Positions 12,590 through 21,283 of a DNA stretch of 64,000 nt are shown here, in pieces. Source of the stretch: Gemmatimonadales bacterium (GTDB taxonomy: Bacteria > Gemmatimonadota > Gemmatimonadetes > Gemmatimonadales > GWC2-71-9); contig JBBSCB010000002.1 in NCBI GenBank assembly GCA_038250675.1, positions 130,658-194,657 of the forward strand, written 5' to 3'. Made by a program: the position numbers and the translations under genes. The notes under the pieces are model-generated. The model saw only the letters and a list, made by a program, of their open reading frames with translations, was not told where the DNA came from and searched no databases. The number at the start of each line of letters is the position of its first letter. Position 1 is the stretch's first letter.

Positions 12590-13659
12590 TGCGGGCGGAA
12601 TCGCTGACCTTTCTCAAACGGCTGCTCGATACGCCGGGACCATCCGCCTTCGAGGCGGCCCCCGCGCGGGTCTGGCGCGCTGAAGCCGAGCGGGTGGCCG
12701 ACGAAGTGCACGTGGACGTCACGGGGAATTCCTGGGCCACGCTGCACCCCGACGGCCGTCCGAAGCTCATGCTCGCCGGCCACATGGACGAGATCGGCAT
12801 CATGGTCAGCCATGTGGACGACGATGGATTTCTGAGCTTCGAGCCGATCGGCGGGTGGGACAGCCAGGTGTTCGTGGGCCAGCGGGTGGTGATCCTGGGA
12901 CGCGACGGCGGCGTGACCGGCGTGGTCGGCAAGAAGGCCATCCACGTGATGGACAAGGATGAGCGGGAAAAGATCTCGAAGGTCGAGGACCTCTGGATCG
13001 ACATCGGGGCCGCGAGCCGCGCCGAGGCGACCGCCCGCGTGCGGATCGGCGATGCGGGTGTGCTCGCCTCCCAGGTGCTGGAGTTCCCCAATGGACGGAT
13101 CGTCAGCCGCAGCATCGACAACCGGATCGGCTCGTTCGTCGTGCTGGAGGCGCTGCGGCTCCTGAGCGAAGGCGAGCGCCCAGCGGCGGCGGTGACCGCC
13201 GTGGCCACCACGCGCGAGGAGATCTCCGCCACCGGCGGCGGCGCGCGGCCGCTGGCGATGCATCTCGAGCCGCTGGTGGCCATCGTCGTGGACGTGACCC
13301 ATGCCACCGACTACCCGGCCATGGACAAGCGACGCCACGGCGACTATCGGCTGGGCGGCGGGCCGGTGCTCTCGCGCGGTGCGTCGGTCAATTCGGCCGT
13401 CTTCGAGCTGCTGGCCGAAACCGCCGAGCGCGAGGGCATCGCCTACACGATCGAGGCGGCGTCACGCGACACCCACACCGACGCCGAATCGATCTTCAAC
13501 GCCCATCGGGGCGTCGCGACCGCACTGGTCTCGGTGCCCAATCGCTACATGCACAGTCCCAACGAGATGGTGGCGCTGGAGGACCTGGAGCGGACGGCGC
13601 GGCTGCTGGCGGCGTTTGCGCGGCGGGTGGACGGCACGACGGACTTCGTGCCGCGCTGA
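12586..13659 (+). CDS. M42 family metallopeptidase (glutamyl aminopeptidase / FrvX-like)
   Basis: MLAGHMDEIG, SIDNRIG, ATTREEI and NRYMHSPNE are typical M42 motifs. Confidence 0.9.
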   Translation: MMRAESLTFLKRLLDTPGPSAFEAAPARVWRAEAERVADEVHVDVTGNSWATLHPDGRPKLMLAGHMDEIGIMVSHVDDDGFLSFEPIGGWDSQVFVGQRVVILGRDGGVTGVVGKKAIHVMDKDEREKISKVEDLWIDIGAASRAEATARVRIGDAGVLASQVLEFPNGRIVSRSIDNRIGSFVVLEALRLLSEGERPAAAVTAVATTREEISATGGGARPLAMHLEPLVAIVVDVTHATDYPAMDKRRHGDYRLGGGPVLSRGASVNSAVFELLAETAEREGIAYTIEAASRDTHTDAESIFNAHRGVATALVSVPNRYMHSPNEMVALEDLERTARLLAAFARRVDGTTDFVPR

Positions 13660-13669
13660 GCGGTGCGGC

Positions 13670-15151
13670 TCAGCTGTTGAGCTGGGCGAGCGCCTTCTGC
13701 GCGGCGTGGCGGACTTCGGAGTCGTCGTCCTTCAGGAGAGACTGAAGCGAGGCAGCCGCCGGACCGGTGCCCGCGGTGCGGAGTCCGTCGACCGCGGCGA
13801 GCCGGGTCGCGACCGGCTTCCGGCTGAACAGCCGCCGCCCCGGTGTGGCGGCGCGCACCAGCGCCTGGACCGCCTCATTGGTGCCGATGCGGCCAAGGGC
13901 CAGCAGCATCTCCCGGGTGATATCCGGGTGGTTCTCCTCCTCCAGCAGCACCGCCAGCGTCATCGCCAGCCCGCGGCTCTTCCGGCCCTCCAGTCCCTGC
14001 ACCGCCTGAAGCCGGACCGCCGGCGCCGGATCCCGAAGTGCCTGCCGCAGCGGCTCGATGGTCGCGCCGGTGCCGATCTTGGACAGGGCGCCGGCCACGG
14101 CCCGCCGCACGCGCTCGTCTTCATGCACCAGATGTCGCGCCAGCCGGGGCACGGCCGCCTCGATCCGCAGCTCACCGCAGAGATCGGCCACATTGCGGAT
14201 GACAAACCACTCGTCATGCGTCAACATGTTGACGAGCAGCTCGGTACCGGCGGTCATCTGTCGCAGCGCGGCATAGTACGCGCGGCGTTCGTCGAGCGAC
14301 GACGCGGACGCGAGGAGCGACAGCAGCACTTCGGTCGCATCGGCGCCCATACGCTGCAGGAGCGGCAGCACCCGCGCCCGCGCCGGCCCGACGACGAGAC
14401 GAGCCAGATGCTCCAGCACCGACCGCGGCAGCATCCGCCGCAGCGCGATGGCGTATGCCCGCCCAAACGACGCGTTCCCCGCCCGCTCCTCGCTCGCCAC
14501 CAGACTCTCGGCCGCCCGCGCGACCTCGGACCAGTTGGCCTGGCTGGCCGCGGCGTCGGTCAACGCGACCACTTCGTTGAGCCGGTCCGGAACGCCGGCA
14601 TCGGCAGGGTCGCGCTCGATCCGCGCCAGGAGCTGATCGAGCTGACCGTCCCCCAGTGTCTCGATGCTCCTGAATTCGGAGATGTGGACGCTGGGCTCGA
14701 TCTGTTCGGCGTCGCTCAGTGTTTCGTAGACGCTCCAGTCGCCCGCCTCGTCGGCATCCTCGGGCGCGGGCGGCGCGATGGTGATTTCGCCTTCGGCTCC
14801 GTTGACATGCACGGCAAGCTCATAGACCGAGCGGAACCGGCCCCGGGGGCTGGCCAGTGCGCGCAGCAGCTCGAGCAGCGCGGACGGCGCCATCGTGCCA
14901 GGGCTGCGGATTTCACCGACGCCGTGCAGCAGGAGCTGATCCCGCACCGCCAGCACGCCGGGTACGGTCGGAGGAACGTCGGAGTCATTGATCCGAACGC
15001 CCCCATTGGTCACATGGAGGTCCAGCCCCCGTTCGCCCAGACTCGCAAGGAGGAGTCGGAACGCGGCGACCTGCTCATCGCGAGCCTCGGGCTTGTCGCG
15101 GAGCAGAATGAGGACGCAGGCGAAATTCGCCACAATGGAAGGTGCATTCAT
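13670..15151 (-). CDS. HEAT-repeat protein with an uncharacterised N-terminal half
   Basis: The C-terminal third carries repeated xxVRxxAxxALxxIG HEAT/PBS-lyase-type units. The start at ATG 15151 lies 40 nt downstream of the ECF ATPase stop. Confidence 0.75.
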   Translation of the reverse strand: MNAPSIVANFACVLILLRDKPEARDEQVAAFRLLLASLGERGLDLHVTNGGVRINDSDVPPTVPGVLAVRDQLLLHGVGEIRSPGTMAPSALLELLRALASPRGRFRSVYELAVHVNGAEGEITIAPPAPEDADEAGDWSVYETLSDAEQIEPSVHISEFRSIETLGDGQLDQLLARIERDPADAGVPDRLNEVVALTDAAASQANWSEVARAAESLVASEERAGNASFGRAYAIALRRMLPRSVLEHLARLVVGPARARVLPLLQRMGADATEVLLSLLASASSLDERRAYYAALRQMTAGTELLVNMLTHDEWFVIRNVADLCGELRIEAAVPRLARHLVHEDERVRRAVAGALSKIGTGATIEPLRQALRDPAPAVRLQAVQGLEGRKSRGLAMTLAVLLEEENHPDITREMLLALGRIGTNEAVQALVRAATPGRRLFSRKPVATRLAAVDGLRTAGTGPAAASLQSLLKDDDSEVRHAAQKALAQLNS

Positions 15152-15191
15152 AGGCGCAACGGTAGCCCCGTCGCAGCAACAACGTAACCCG

Positions 15192-16010
15192 CTACCTCCC
15201 GCGGCGGCAACGTGCCGAAAGCGCGGCCGCGACCGCGTCCCGGGTGAGCGCCGGAACGTCGAGCTCCAGGGCCCGTGCAATCGCCGCGTGAGGCGGCCGC
15301 ATCGGCACGTCTGGGCCGGAGCCCAGGACATCCTCGATCGCCGCATCCCGCGTCACCCGGCCCGCCTCCAGCACGACCGCACGCCCCAGCGCCTCCAGGG
15401 CAAACTCGCCGTCATGGGTCACGGCGAGGACGGCGGCGCCAGCCGCGGTCCGGCGCACAACGGCGCGTTCGACCAGCCGGCGCGAGGCGGCGTCGAGACC
15501 CGCCGTGGGCTCGTCGAGCAGCAACACGACCGGCGCCGCGACCAGCGTTGCGGCGAGCGCGACGAGGCGGCGGCGTGGTGCGGGCAGATCGTACGGATGC
15601 ACACCGGCCACGTCGTCCAGCTCCAGCTCCGCCAGGACCGACGCGGCCGCCCGGGCGATGCGGTCCGCCGGCCATCCGAGCTGGCGGGGCCCAAATCCCA
15701 CTTCCAGCCGCACGGTGCGCTCGAAGAGCTGGGACCCGGGATTCTGAAACAGGTAGCCGGCCCGGCTCGCCAGGTCTTCCGGCCTGAGACCGCGCGAATC
15801 GATCCCGGCGATTTCGATGCTGCCGTGCCGCGGACGGACCAGGGCCATCGCAGCGCGGAGCAGCGTGGTCTTGCCGGCGCCGTTGGGCCCCAGGAGCGCC
15901 ACTCCCTCGCCGGCACAGACATCGAGCGAGACGGCGTCGAGCGCCGGCACCGCGGCGCCCGGATAGGTGACACTGAGGCCGGCGAGCCGGACGAGCGGGG
16001 CCCCCGTCAT
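15192..16010 (-). CDS. ECF/ABC transporter ATP-binding protein (consensus Walker A/B/H-loop, degenerate signature)
   Basis: GPNGAGKTT, FQNP, LLLDEPTAGLD and VTHD are present, but LPAPR replaces LSGGQ. Its ATG overlaps the upstream stop codon (ATGA at 16007-16010). Confidence 0.85.
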   Translation of the reverse strand: MTGAPLVRLAGLSVTYPGAAVPALDAVSLDVCAGEGVALLGPNGAGKTTLLRAAMALVRPRHGSIEIAGIDSRGLRPEDLASRAGYLFQNPGSQLFERTVRLEVGFGPRQLGWPADRIARAAASVLAELELDDVAGVHPYDLPAPRRRLVALAATLVAAPVVLLLDEPTAGLDAASRRLVERAVVRRTAAGAAVLAVTHDGEFALEALGRAVVLEAGRVTRDAAIEDVLGSGPDVPMRPPHAAIARALELDVPALTRDAVAAALSARCRRGR

Positions 16011-16888
16011 TGCCAGCGGGCCAGGCCGTCGGACACGGTCAGCGGGTAGGGCGGCTGCAGCGCGGCGGGCGGAGCTTCGGACGGGACGATCGCGGCCGCG
16101 GCCCGTGCCAGCGCGGCGATCGCAGTACTGCCGGCGCCATGCTCCCGGATCGACTCGCCCGCGAGTAGCGCTGCCGGCGGGCCATCGAGCGCCACACCGC
16201 CGCGATCGAGCACCACCAGACGCTCCGCCACCGCGAGCATCCGGTCGGCATCCTCGCTCGCCACGACCACCGCGGCGCCGCGGCGCGCCTCGGCGGCAAG
16301 CAACTGGCCCAGGCGGGTCCGGCCGCCCTGGTCGAGCGCCGACGCCGGTTCGTCCAGCAGCCACAGCGCGGGCTGGAGCACCAGCATGGCCGCGATGACG
16401 ACGCGCTGCAGCTCGCCCCCCGAGAGCGTGGCCGGATCTCGCTCGCGCAGATGCGCGATGCGCAGGCGAACGAGCGCGTCGGTGGCGGCGCTGCCGATCC
16501 GCTCGATGGGCCAGCCCAGGTTGGCCGGCGCGAAGGCGACTTCCTCCCACACGGTGGCGGCGACGCCGGAAAGCTGCGACACCGGGTCCGCGGTCACGAA
16601 GCCGATCCGGCCGGCCAGCGCCCGCCGGCCCGGCTCTGTGGCCGGATCGACACCCAGCACCGAGACGCGGCCGCTCAGCTCTCCGCCGGTATGACGCGGC
16701 GCCAGCCCGGCGGCCACCAGCAACAGCGAGCTGCACCCGGCACCCAGCGCGCCGTACAGCCAGGTCACGCCGCCCGCCTCCACCGAGAGCGTGATGTCCC
16801 GGAGCGCGTCGCGCGTCGCAGCGGGATAGCGCAGCGACACGCCTGACATCAGCAGCGGAGATCCGGACGGAGCGGTCACGCGAGCCAA
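16007..16888 (-). CDS. ECF/ABC transporter ATP-binding protein (degenerate Walker A, Q-loop and H-loop; canonical LSGGE)
   Basis: ABC fold with LSGGELQR and LLDEPASALD. However, Walker A reads GALGAGCSS, the Q-loop region reads VTADP and the H-loop reads ASED. Confidence 0.8.
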   Translation of the reverse strand: MARVTAPSGSPLLMSGVSLRYPAATRDALRDITLSVEAGGVTWLYGALGAGCSSLLLVAAGLAPRHTGGELSGRVSVLGVDPATEPGRRALAGRIGFVTADPVSQLSGVAATVWEEVAFAPANLGWPIERIGSAATDALVRLRIAHLRERDPATLSGGELQRVVIAAMLVLQPALWLLDEPASALDQGGRTRLGQLLAAEARRGAAVVVASEDADRMLAVAERLVVLDRGGVALDGPPAALLAGESIREHGAGSTAIAALARAAAAIVPSEAPPAALQPPYPLTVSDGLARWQ

Positions 16889-17616
16889 CGCCAGGCGCAG
16901 GCCGCGACGACAAGCAGGAGCATCCCCCAGCGAAGCACACGGTCCGCGGTACGGTCGCGCGGCGGGGCGAGTGGAGTCCGGGGACCGCGCGCATCGAGCC
17001 CGCGGGTCTCGAGCGCCATAGCTCGCTCGTCCACTTCGCCCAGCATCCCGAGGATGAGGGGCAGTGCCAGGGGCACGAGTGCACGGGCCCGGCGCAGCGG
17101 CCCGCCGCCGTAGCGGAGTCCCCGCGCGCGCTGGGCCTCGAGGATCGTCGCCGCCCGCTGGCGAAACCTGGGGGCGGCCTGGAGCGTGGCAACCAGGAGA
17201 TACGCGGCGTGAAACGACCAGCCGCGCACGGCGACGGCGTCCAGGAAGCGGGAAGGGTCGAAGGACCGGAAGAGCGCCAGTGAGGCGGTGGCTACGGCGC
17301 CGAGCCGCGCCGCCTGCGCCAGCGCCACGGCAAGCCCGGCCCGCGACAGCACGACGGAGCGCAGTGCCACTGTGGCGCCGTCACCCGGGAGGGCGTGCAG
17401 CAGCAACAGGAGCACCCAGAGCGGCAGGCAAACCAGTGTGGCATCGCGTGCGGAGGCGGCCGCCCCCGTGAGCAGCGCCGCCGCCACGACGACAGCATAG
17501 AGCGCGATGGGACCGGCGGGTGCCGGCAATGCGAACGCCAGGGCGGCAACGCCGGCCGTGACGGCAAAGAGCGTAAACGGATGGGCGCGGCGAACGAGCC
17601 GGGGCCGGTCGCTCAC
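16876..17616 (-). CDS. energy-coupling factor transporter transmembrane (T) component, CbiQ/EcfT family
   Basis: Polytopic, with two Ala-Arg-Gly-type coupling motifs (EAQRARGL, ALETRGL). Its GTG start overlaps the S-component stop codon. Confidence 0.8.
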   Translation of the reverse strand: MSDRPRLVRRAHPFTLFAVTAGVAALAFALPAPAGPIALYAVVVAAALLTGAAASARDATLVCLPLWVLLLLLHALPGDGATVALRSVVLSRAGLAVALAQAARLGAVATASLALFRSFDPSRFLDAVAVRGWSFHAAYLLVATLQAAPRFRQRAATILEAQRARGLRYGGGPLRRARALVPLALPLILGMLGEVDERAMALETRGLDARGPRTPLAPPRDRTADRVLRWGMLLLVVAACAWRWLA

Positions 17617-18182
17617 CGCCGCGTGGCCCGGGTAGCCCCCGGAAACCGGCCGGCAACCCGCAGCGGCAGCGCGCGCAGCGTCACTCCGACCAGCAGGAAT
17701 ACGATCATCTTGTCGAGCAGGTCGGTCCCGACGCTCGAGGCGGTGACGGCCTGGCCCTGGGAGAGCCCCAGGTGTGTGAGCAGGATCGTCACCGCCGTCA
17801 CTCCAGTCGCGGTGACGCCCTTGAACACGAAATACGAGATGAGCGCCGAGACCGCACCGGCCACCAGCCCGACGAACAGCCCCCAGCCCGCCGAGGTTGC
17901 CGGCGAGCGGAACCCGGCGCGCCGCGCGGCCAGCGCCGCGAGGAGCGCGATGACCACCTGCACGGCGGCGAAGGGGAACCAGATGAACCCCTCATACAGA
18001 GAGCGCACCGTCTGGCTCACGACGCCGGTGATCACCCCCGCGAGCGGGCCGGCGAGGGCGGCGGTGAGCACGGTTCCGATGGTATCGAGATAGAGGGGCA
18101 GCCCGAGCTGATTGACGACGAGGCCAATGGCCAGGTTGACGGCGACTGCGGAGGGGATGAGGGCAAGCAGTCTGGGCGACAA
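17613..18182 (-). CDS. ECF transporter S (substrate-binding) component, substrate unknown
   Basis: 189 aa with about 6 TM. It is the first gene of the S-T-A-A operon. Only a TTG start is available. Confidence 0.65.
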   Translation of the reverse strand: MSPRLLALIPSAVAVNLAIGLVVNQLGLPLYLDTIGTVLTAALAGPLAGVITGVVSQTVRSLYEGFIWFPFAAVQVVIALLAALAARRAGFRSPATSAGWGLFVGLVAGAVSALISYFVFKGVTATGVTAVTILLTHLGLSQGQAVTASSVGTDLLDKMIVFLLVGVTLRALPLRVAGRFPGATRATRR

Positions 18183-18242
18183 GGGCGTCCGCAGCCGGGT
18201 CCGGGGTGGGACTCGCGTATATATTTGGGCAGTTCCCGCTGG

Positions 18243-18270
18243 AATCTAGGCTCGACGCCTCTTCCGGCAA
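18243..18270 (-). promoter_or_regulatory. sigma70-type promoter candidate for the ECF operon
   Basis: On the minus strand: TTGCCG, a 16-nt spacer, then TAGATT, about 60-85 nt upstream of the TTG start. Confidence 0.25.
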
Positions 18271-18314
18271 CCCTCGCACCGCGCGCCCTCCGGGCGTCAC
18301 CACGTTGGGATACC

Positions 18315-19589
18315 ATGCGCCGATTGCTGTCCCTGGGCTTCTGGCTCGCGCTCCTGTCACCGATCGCGTCGCTGCATGCGCAGCACCCCGCCGGCGGCGA
18401 GCCGGGCATCCTGGACGACGTTCGCTATCTGGCCGACGACCGGCTGGCCGGCCGCCTGACCGGCTCGCCCGGGGCCGACACCGCCGCGGCGTACATCGCG
18501 CGGCGGTTTGCCGAGGCGGGGCTGCAGCCCGCGGCCGGGGGCTGGTTCCAGTCGTTCACGATCTCGCCGGACGCGCCGGCCGCGCGCGCGGCGGGTGTGG
18601 GCGGCAAGGTGGGCCGCAACGTGATCGGCATCCTGCCCGGCCGCGATCCGGCGCGCCGGAACGAGAGCGTGATCATCGGCGCGCACTATGACCATCTGGG
18701 ACTGGGCGGCTACGGCGCCCTGGACGCGCCGGACAGCACCGGGAAGGTGCACAACGGCGCGGACGACAATGCGTCCGGCACGGCAGCGCTGATCCACATC
18801 GCGGATGTGCTGGCGCAGAATCCGCCGGCCCGCACCGTCATCTTCATCGCGTTCAGCGGTGAGGAGCTCGGCCTCTTCGGCTCGGCCTACTACGTCAAGC
18901 ACCCGGTCTACCCGCTGAACGCGTCGCTCGCGATGGTCAACCTCGACATGGTGGGCCGGCTCCGGAACCGCCGGCTGATCGTCTACGGCACCGCGACGGC
19001 GGCGGAGTTTCCGGCCCTGCTCGACTCGCTCAACACGAGCGCGCATTTCGACCTCAAGGAACAGGGCGACGGCTACGGCCCCAGCGATCAGTCGTCATTC
19101 TTTGCGGCACACCGACCGGTGCTGCACCTCTTCACCGATCTGCACGGCGACTACCACCGCAGCACCGACGACTGGCAGGCGATCAACGCCTACGGCATGG
19201 CGCAGATCGTAGACTTCAGCAGCCGACTGGTGGCCGCGCTCGCCAACCGCAGCACGCCGCTGACGTTCAGGGATCAGGCACCGATCGTGGCCAGCCACGC
19301 CGGTACCGTCGTGACGCCCGGCTACGGCGCCTACCTGGGAACCATCCCGGACATGACCGACACGCCGGGCGGCGTTCGTCTGTCCGGCGTCCGCACCGGC
19401 AGCCCGGCGGATTCGGCGGGCCTCAAGGCCGACGACATCATCACGCGGATCGGGGATCACGACGTGCCCAACCTGCAGGCCATGACCGACGCGCTCCGCG
19501 AGCACAAGGCCGGCGACGCGGTGGACATCCAGGTGCGGCGGGGTGCCGACACCGTGACCGTGAAGGCCGTCCTCGGCACCCGGAGTTGA
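18315..19589 (+). CDS. M28 family peptidase with C-terminal PDZ domain
   Basis: Signal peptide, HYDHLG, GADDNASG and FSGEELGLFGS, followed by a PDZ domain (GVRLSGVRTGSPADSAGLKADDIITRIG). Confidence 0.85.
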   Translation: MRRLLSLGFWLALLSPIASLHAQHPAGGEPGILDDVRYLADDRLAGRLTGSPGADTAAAYIARRFAEAGLQPAAGGWFQSFTISPDAPAARAAGVGGKVGRNVIGILPGRDPARRNESVIIGAHYDHLGLGGYGALDAPDSTGKVHNGADDNASGTAALIHIADVLAQNPPARTVIFIAFSGEELGLFGSAYYVKHPVYPLNASLAMVNLDMVGRLRNRRLIVYGTATAAEFPALLDSLNTSAHFDLKEQGDGYGPSDQSSFFAAHRPVLHLFTDLHGDYHRSTDDWQAINAYGMAQIVDFSSRLVAALANRSTPLTFRDQAPIVASHAGTVVTPGYGAYLGTIPDMTDTPGGVRLSGVRTGSPADSAGLKADDIITRIGDHDVPNLQAMTDALREHKAGDAVDIQVRRGADTVTVKAVLGTRS

Positions 19590-19593
19590 ACCG

Positions 19594-20049
19594 ATGCCGG
19601 CACTGGATGGCGACCGGGTCATCGCCGCGCTGCGCGGCGCCTTTGCGCGTGAAGTGTCCCGGACCGAACTGCTCGCCACCGCCGCCGGGAGGATCCGCGC
19701 GGCGGGCGCGCCGTACACCTCGGTCTATCTCTACATGCTGCAGGGTGACGAACTCGTGCTCGAGGCCCAAGCCGGCCGGGAGACCGATCACACCCGGATC
19801 GCGGTGGGTCACGGCGTCTGCGGCACCGCGGTGGCGACCGGCGAAGACCAGAACGTGGGCGACGTGCGGGCGATCACCAACTACATCGCGTGCAACACCT
19901 GGACCCGCTCGGAGCTCGTGGTGCTGATCCGCCGGGGTCCGGTGATCCTGGGCCAGATCGACGTGGACAGCGACGTCCCGGACCCGTTCACCGCGGAGGA
20001 AGAGGCTGAAGTGCGGAAGGTGGCGGACGCGCTGGCGGTGCTGCTGTAG
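19594..20049 (+). CDS. GAF domain protein (YebR / free Met-R-sulfoxide reductase-like)
   Basis: GHGVCGTA and YIACNTWTRSELVVLI resemble the fRMsr-type GAF signature. Confidence 0.8.
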   Translation: MPALDGDRVIAALRGAFAREVSRTELLATAAGRIRAAGAPYTSVYLYMLQGDELVLEAQAGRETDHTRIAVGHGVCGTAVATGEDQNVGDVRAITNYIACNTWTRSELVVLIRRGPVILGQIDVDSDVPDPFTAEEEAEVRKVADALAVLL

Positions 20050-20380
20050 TTGCGCGCCTGGTCACCCGCACGGTTCGCCGTGCCCCTGCCGGCGGACCAC
20101 CGCTTCCCGATGGCCAAATCCGCCGCGATCCGCGAGGGCACCGCGACACGCGGCGTGATGCCGGCGGCGCCGAACGCTGGACGGTGTCGCTGGTGCACAC
20201 ACCCCGCTATATCGATGCGATGCACGATGGGACCCCCGCCGACCCGGAACTCGTCTCCTATCTCGCCGGCGCGGCCTTCCGGTGGCCGTCACCCTTGCCG
20301 GCGGCAATGCCCGCGAGCTGGTGGACATCGTGACCATTCACGTGAACACCGTCGAGGAGCTGATCCTGAGCCATGGATGA
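20050..20380 (+). pseudogene. remnant of a histone deacetylase / acetoin-utilisation family gene
   Basis: Three short segments sit in three different frames. They are RAWSPARFAVPLPADHRFPMAKSAAIRE (20050-), LVHTPRYIDAMHDGT...LVSYLAGA (20190-) and VAVTLAGGNARELVDIVTIHVNTVEEL (20282-20380). The catalytic core of about 200 aa is absent. Confidence 0.6.
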
Positions 20381-21209
20381 ACGGACCCGGACCCGCGAGG
20401 TCCGCGGCGTCACGCTGCTCGAGCGGCGTGCCGGTGACGGTCCGCCGACCGTGGTGTTGCACGGTGGACCGGGCGCGGACTCGGCGTATCTGCTCCCCGG
20501 CTTCGATACGCTCGCCACGGGGCGCACGCTGGTGTATTACGACCAGCGCGGCGGCGGGCGCTCGCCGGTGCCGCGCGAGACGCCGGTGGGCTGGCGCGAA
20601 CAGGTGGCCGATCTCGACGCGCTGCGGGCGGCATGGGGTCTCGAGCGGCTGGTCATTGCCGGCTATTCGTGGGGCGCGCTGCTCGCGATGCTCTACGCGC
20701 GCGAGCACCCGGCGCGCGTCGAGCGAATGGCGCTGGTGTCACCGGCGCCGGCGTGGCGTGAGGCCCGTGACCGCTTCGAGGCCGAGTTTGCCCGGCGCAA
20801 CATGAACCCGGTGCTGCAGGCCGGGCGGGCGGAGCTGCGGGCCAGCAAGCTGCGGGAGCAAGACCCGGACGCGTACGCCCAGCGGCTGTTTGAACTCAGC
20901 GTCGTTCCCTACTTCTACGACCCGGCCCGGACCCGCGACCTTACGCCCTTCCGCGTCACCGGCCGGACCCAGCAGGAAGTCTGGAGCAGTCTCGGCGATT
21001 TCGACCTGCGCCCCGATCTGGCGCGGCTGGACGTGCCGGCGATCGTCATCCACGGTGAGGCCGATCCCATCGCACCCGACGACGCGCGCGTGGTCGCGGC
21101 CGCCCTCCGCGCCCCGTTCCATCTGCTCCCCCGCTGCGGCCACGTCCCGTATGTCGAGGCGCCTGAGGCATTCACGCGACACCTGGACGGCTTCCTCCCG
21201 TCCGATTGA
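20373..21209 (+). CDS. alpha/beta hydrolase (proline iminopeptidase-like, S33)
   Basis: VLHGGPGA, YDQRGGGRS, GYSWG nucleophile elbow and a C-terminal GHVPYVE. Confidence 0.85.
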   Translation: MDERTRTREVRGVTLLERRAGDGPPTVVLHGGPGADSAYLLPGFDTLATGRTLVYYDQRGGGRSPVPRETPVGWREQVADLDALRAAWGLERLVIAGYSWGALLAMLYAREHPARVERMALVSPAPAWREARDRFEAEFARRNMNPVLQAGRAELRASKLREQDPDAYAQRLFELSVVPYFYDPARTRDLTPFRVTGRTQQEVWSSLGDFDLRPDLARLDVPAIVIHGEADPIAPDDARVVAAALRAPFHLLPRCGHVPYVEAPEAFTRHLDGFLPSD

Positions 21210-21283
21210 GGCCGCGGCGGGCACCGGGCTTGCAGCGGCTGTCGATCCCCCGATCCACCACATCTTCTCCGGTGAGTCCCGCA

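Noticed and set aside
16011-17192. N-terminal 394-aa extension of the 15192..17192 ORF.
   Set aside because: The extension overlaps the EcfA and EcfT genes in another frame and is Arg/Pro junk. The ATG at 16010, which overlaps the upstream stop codon, gives a normal-length ABC ATPase.
18183-18242. Riboswitch in the ECF S-component leader (THI, FMN, preQ1, cobalamin).
   Set aside because: The leader is only about 60-70 nt, and I could not match it to any riboswitch core sequence I know. A covariance-model scan would still be needed to be certain.
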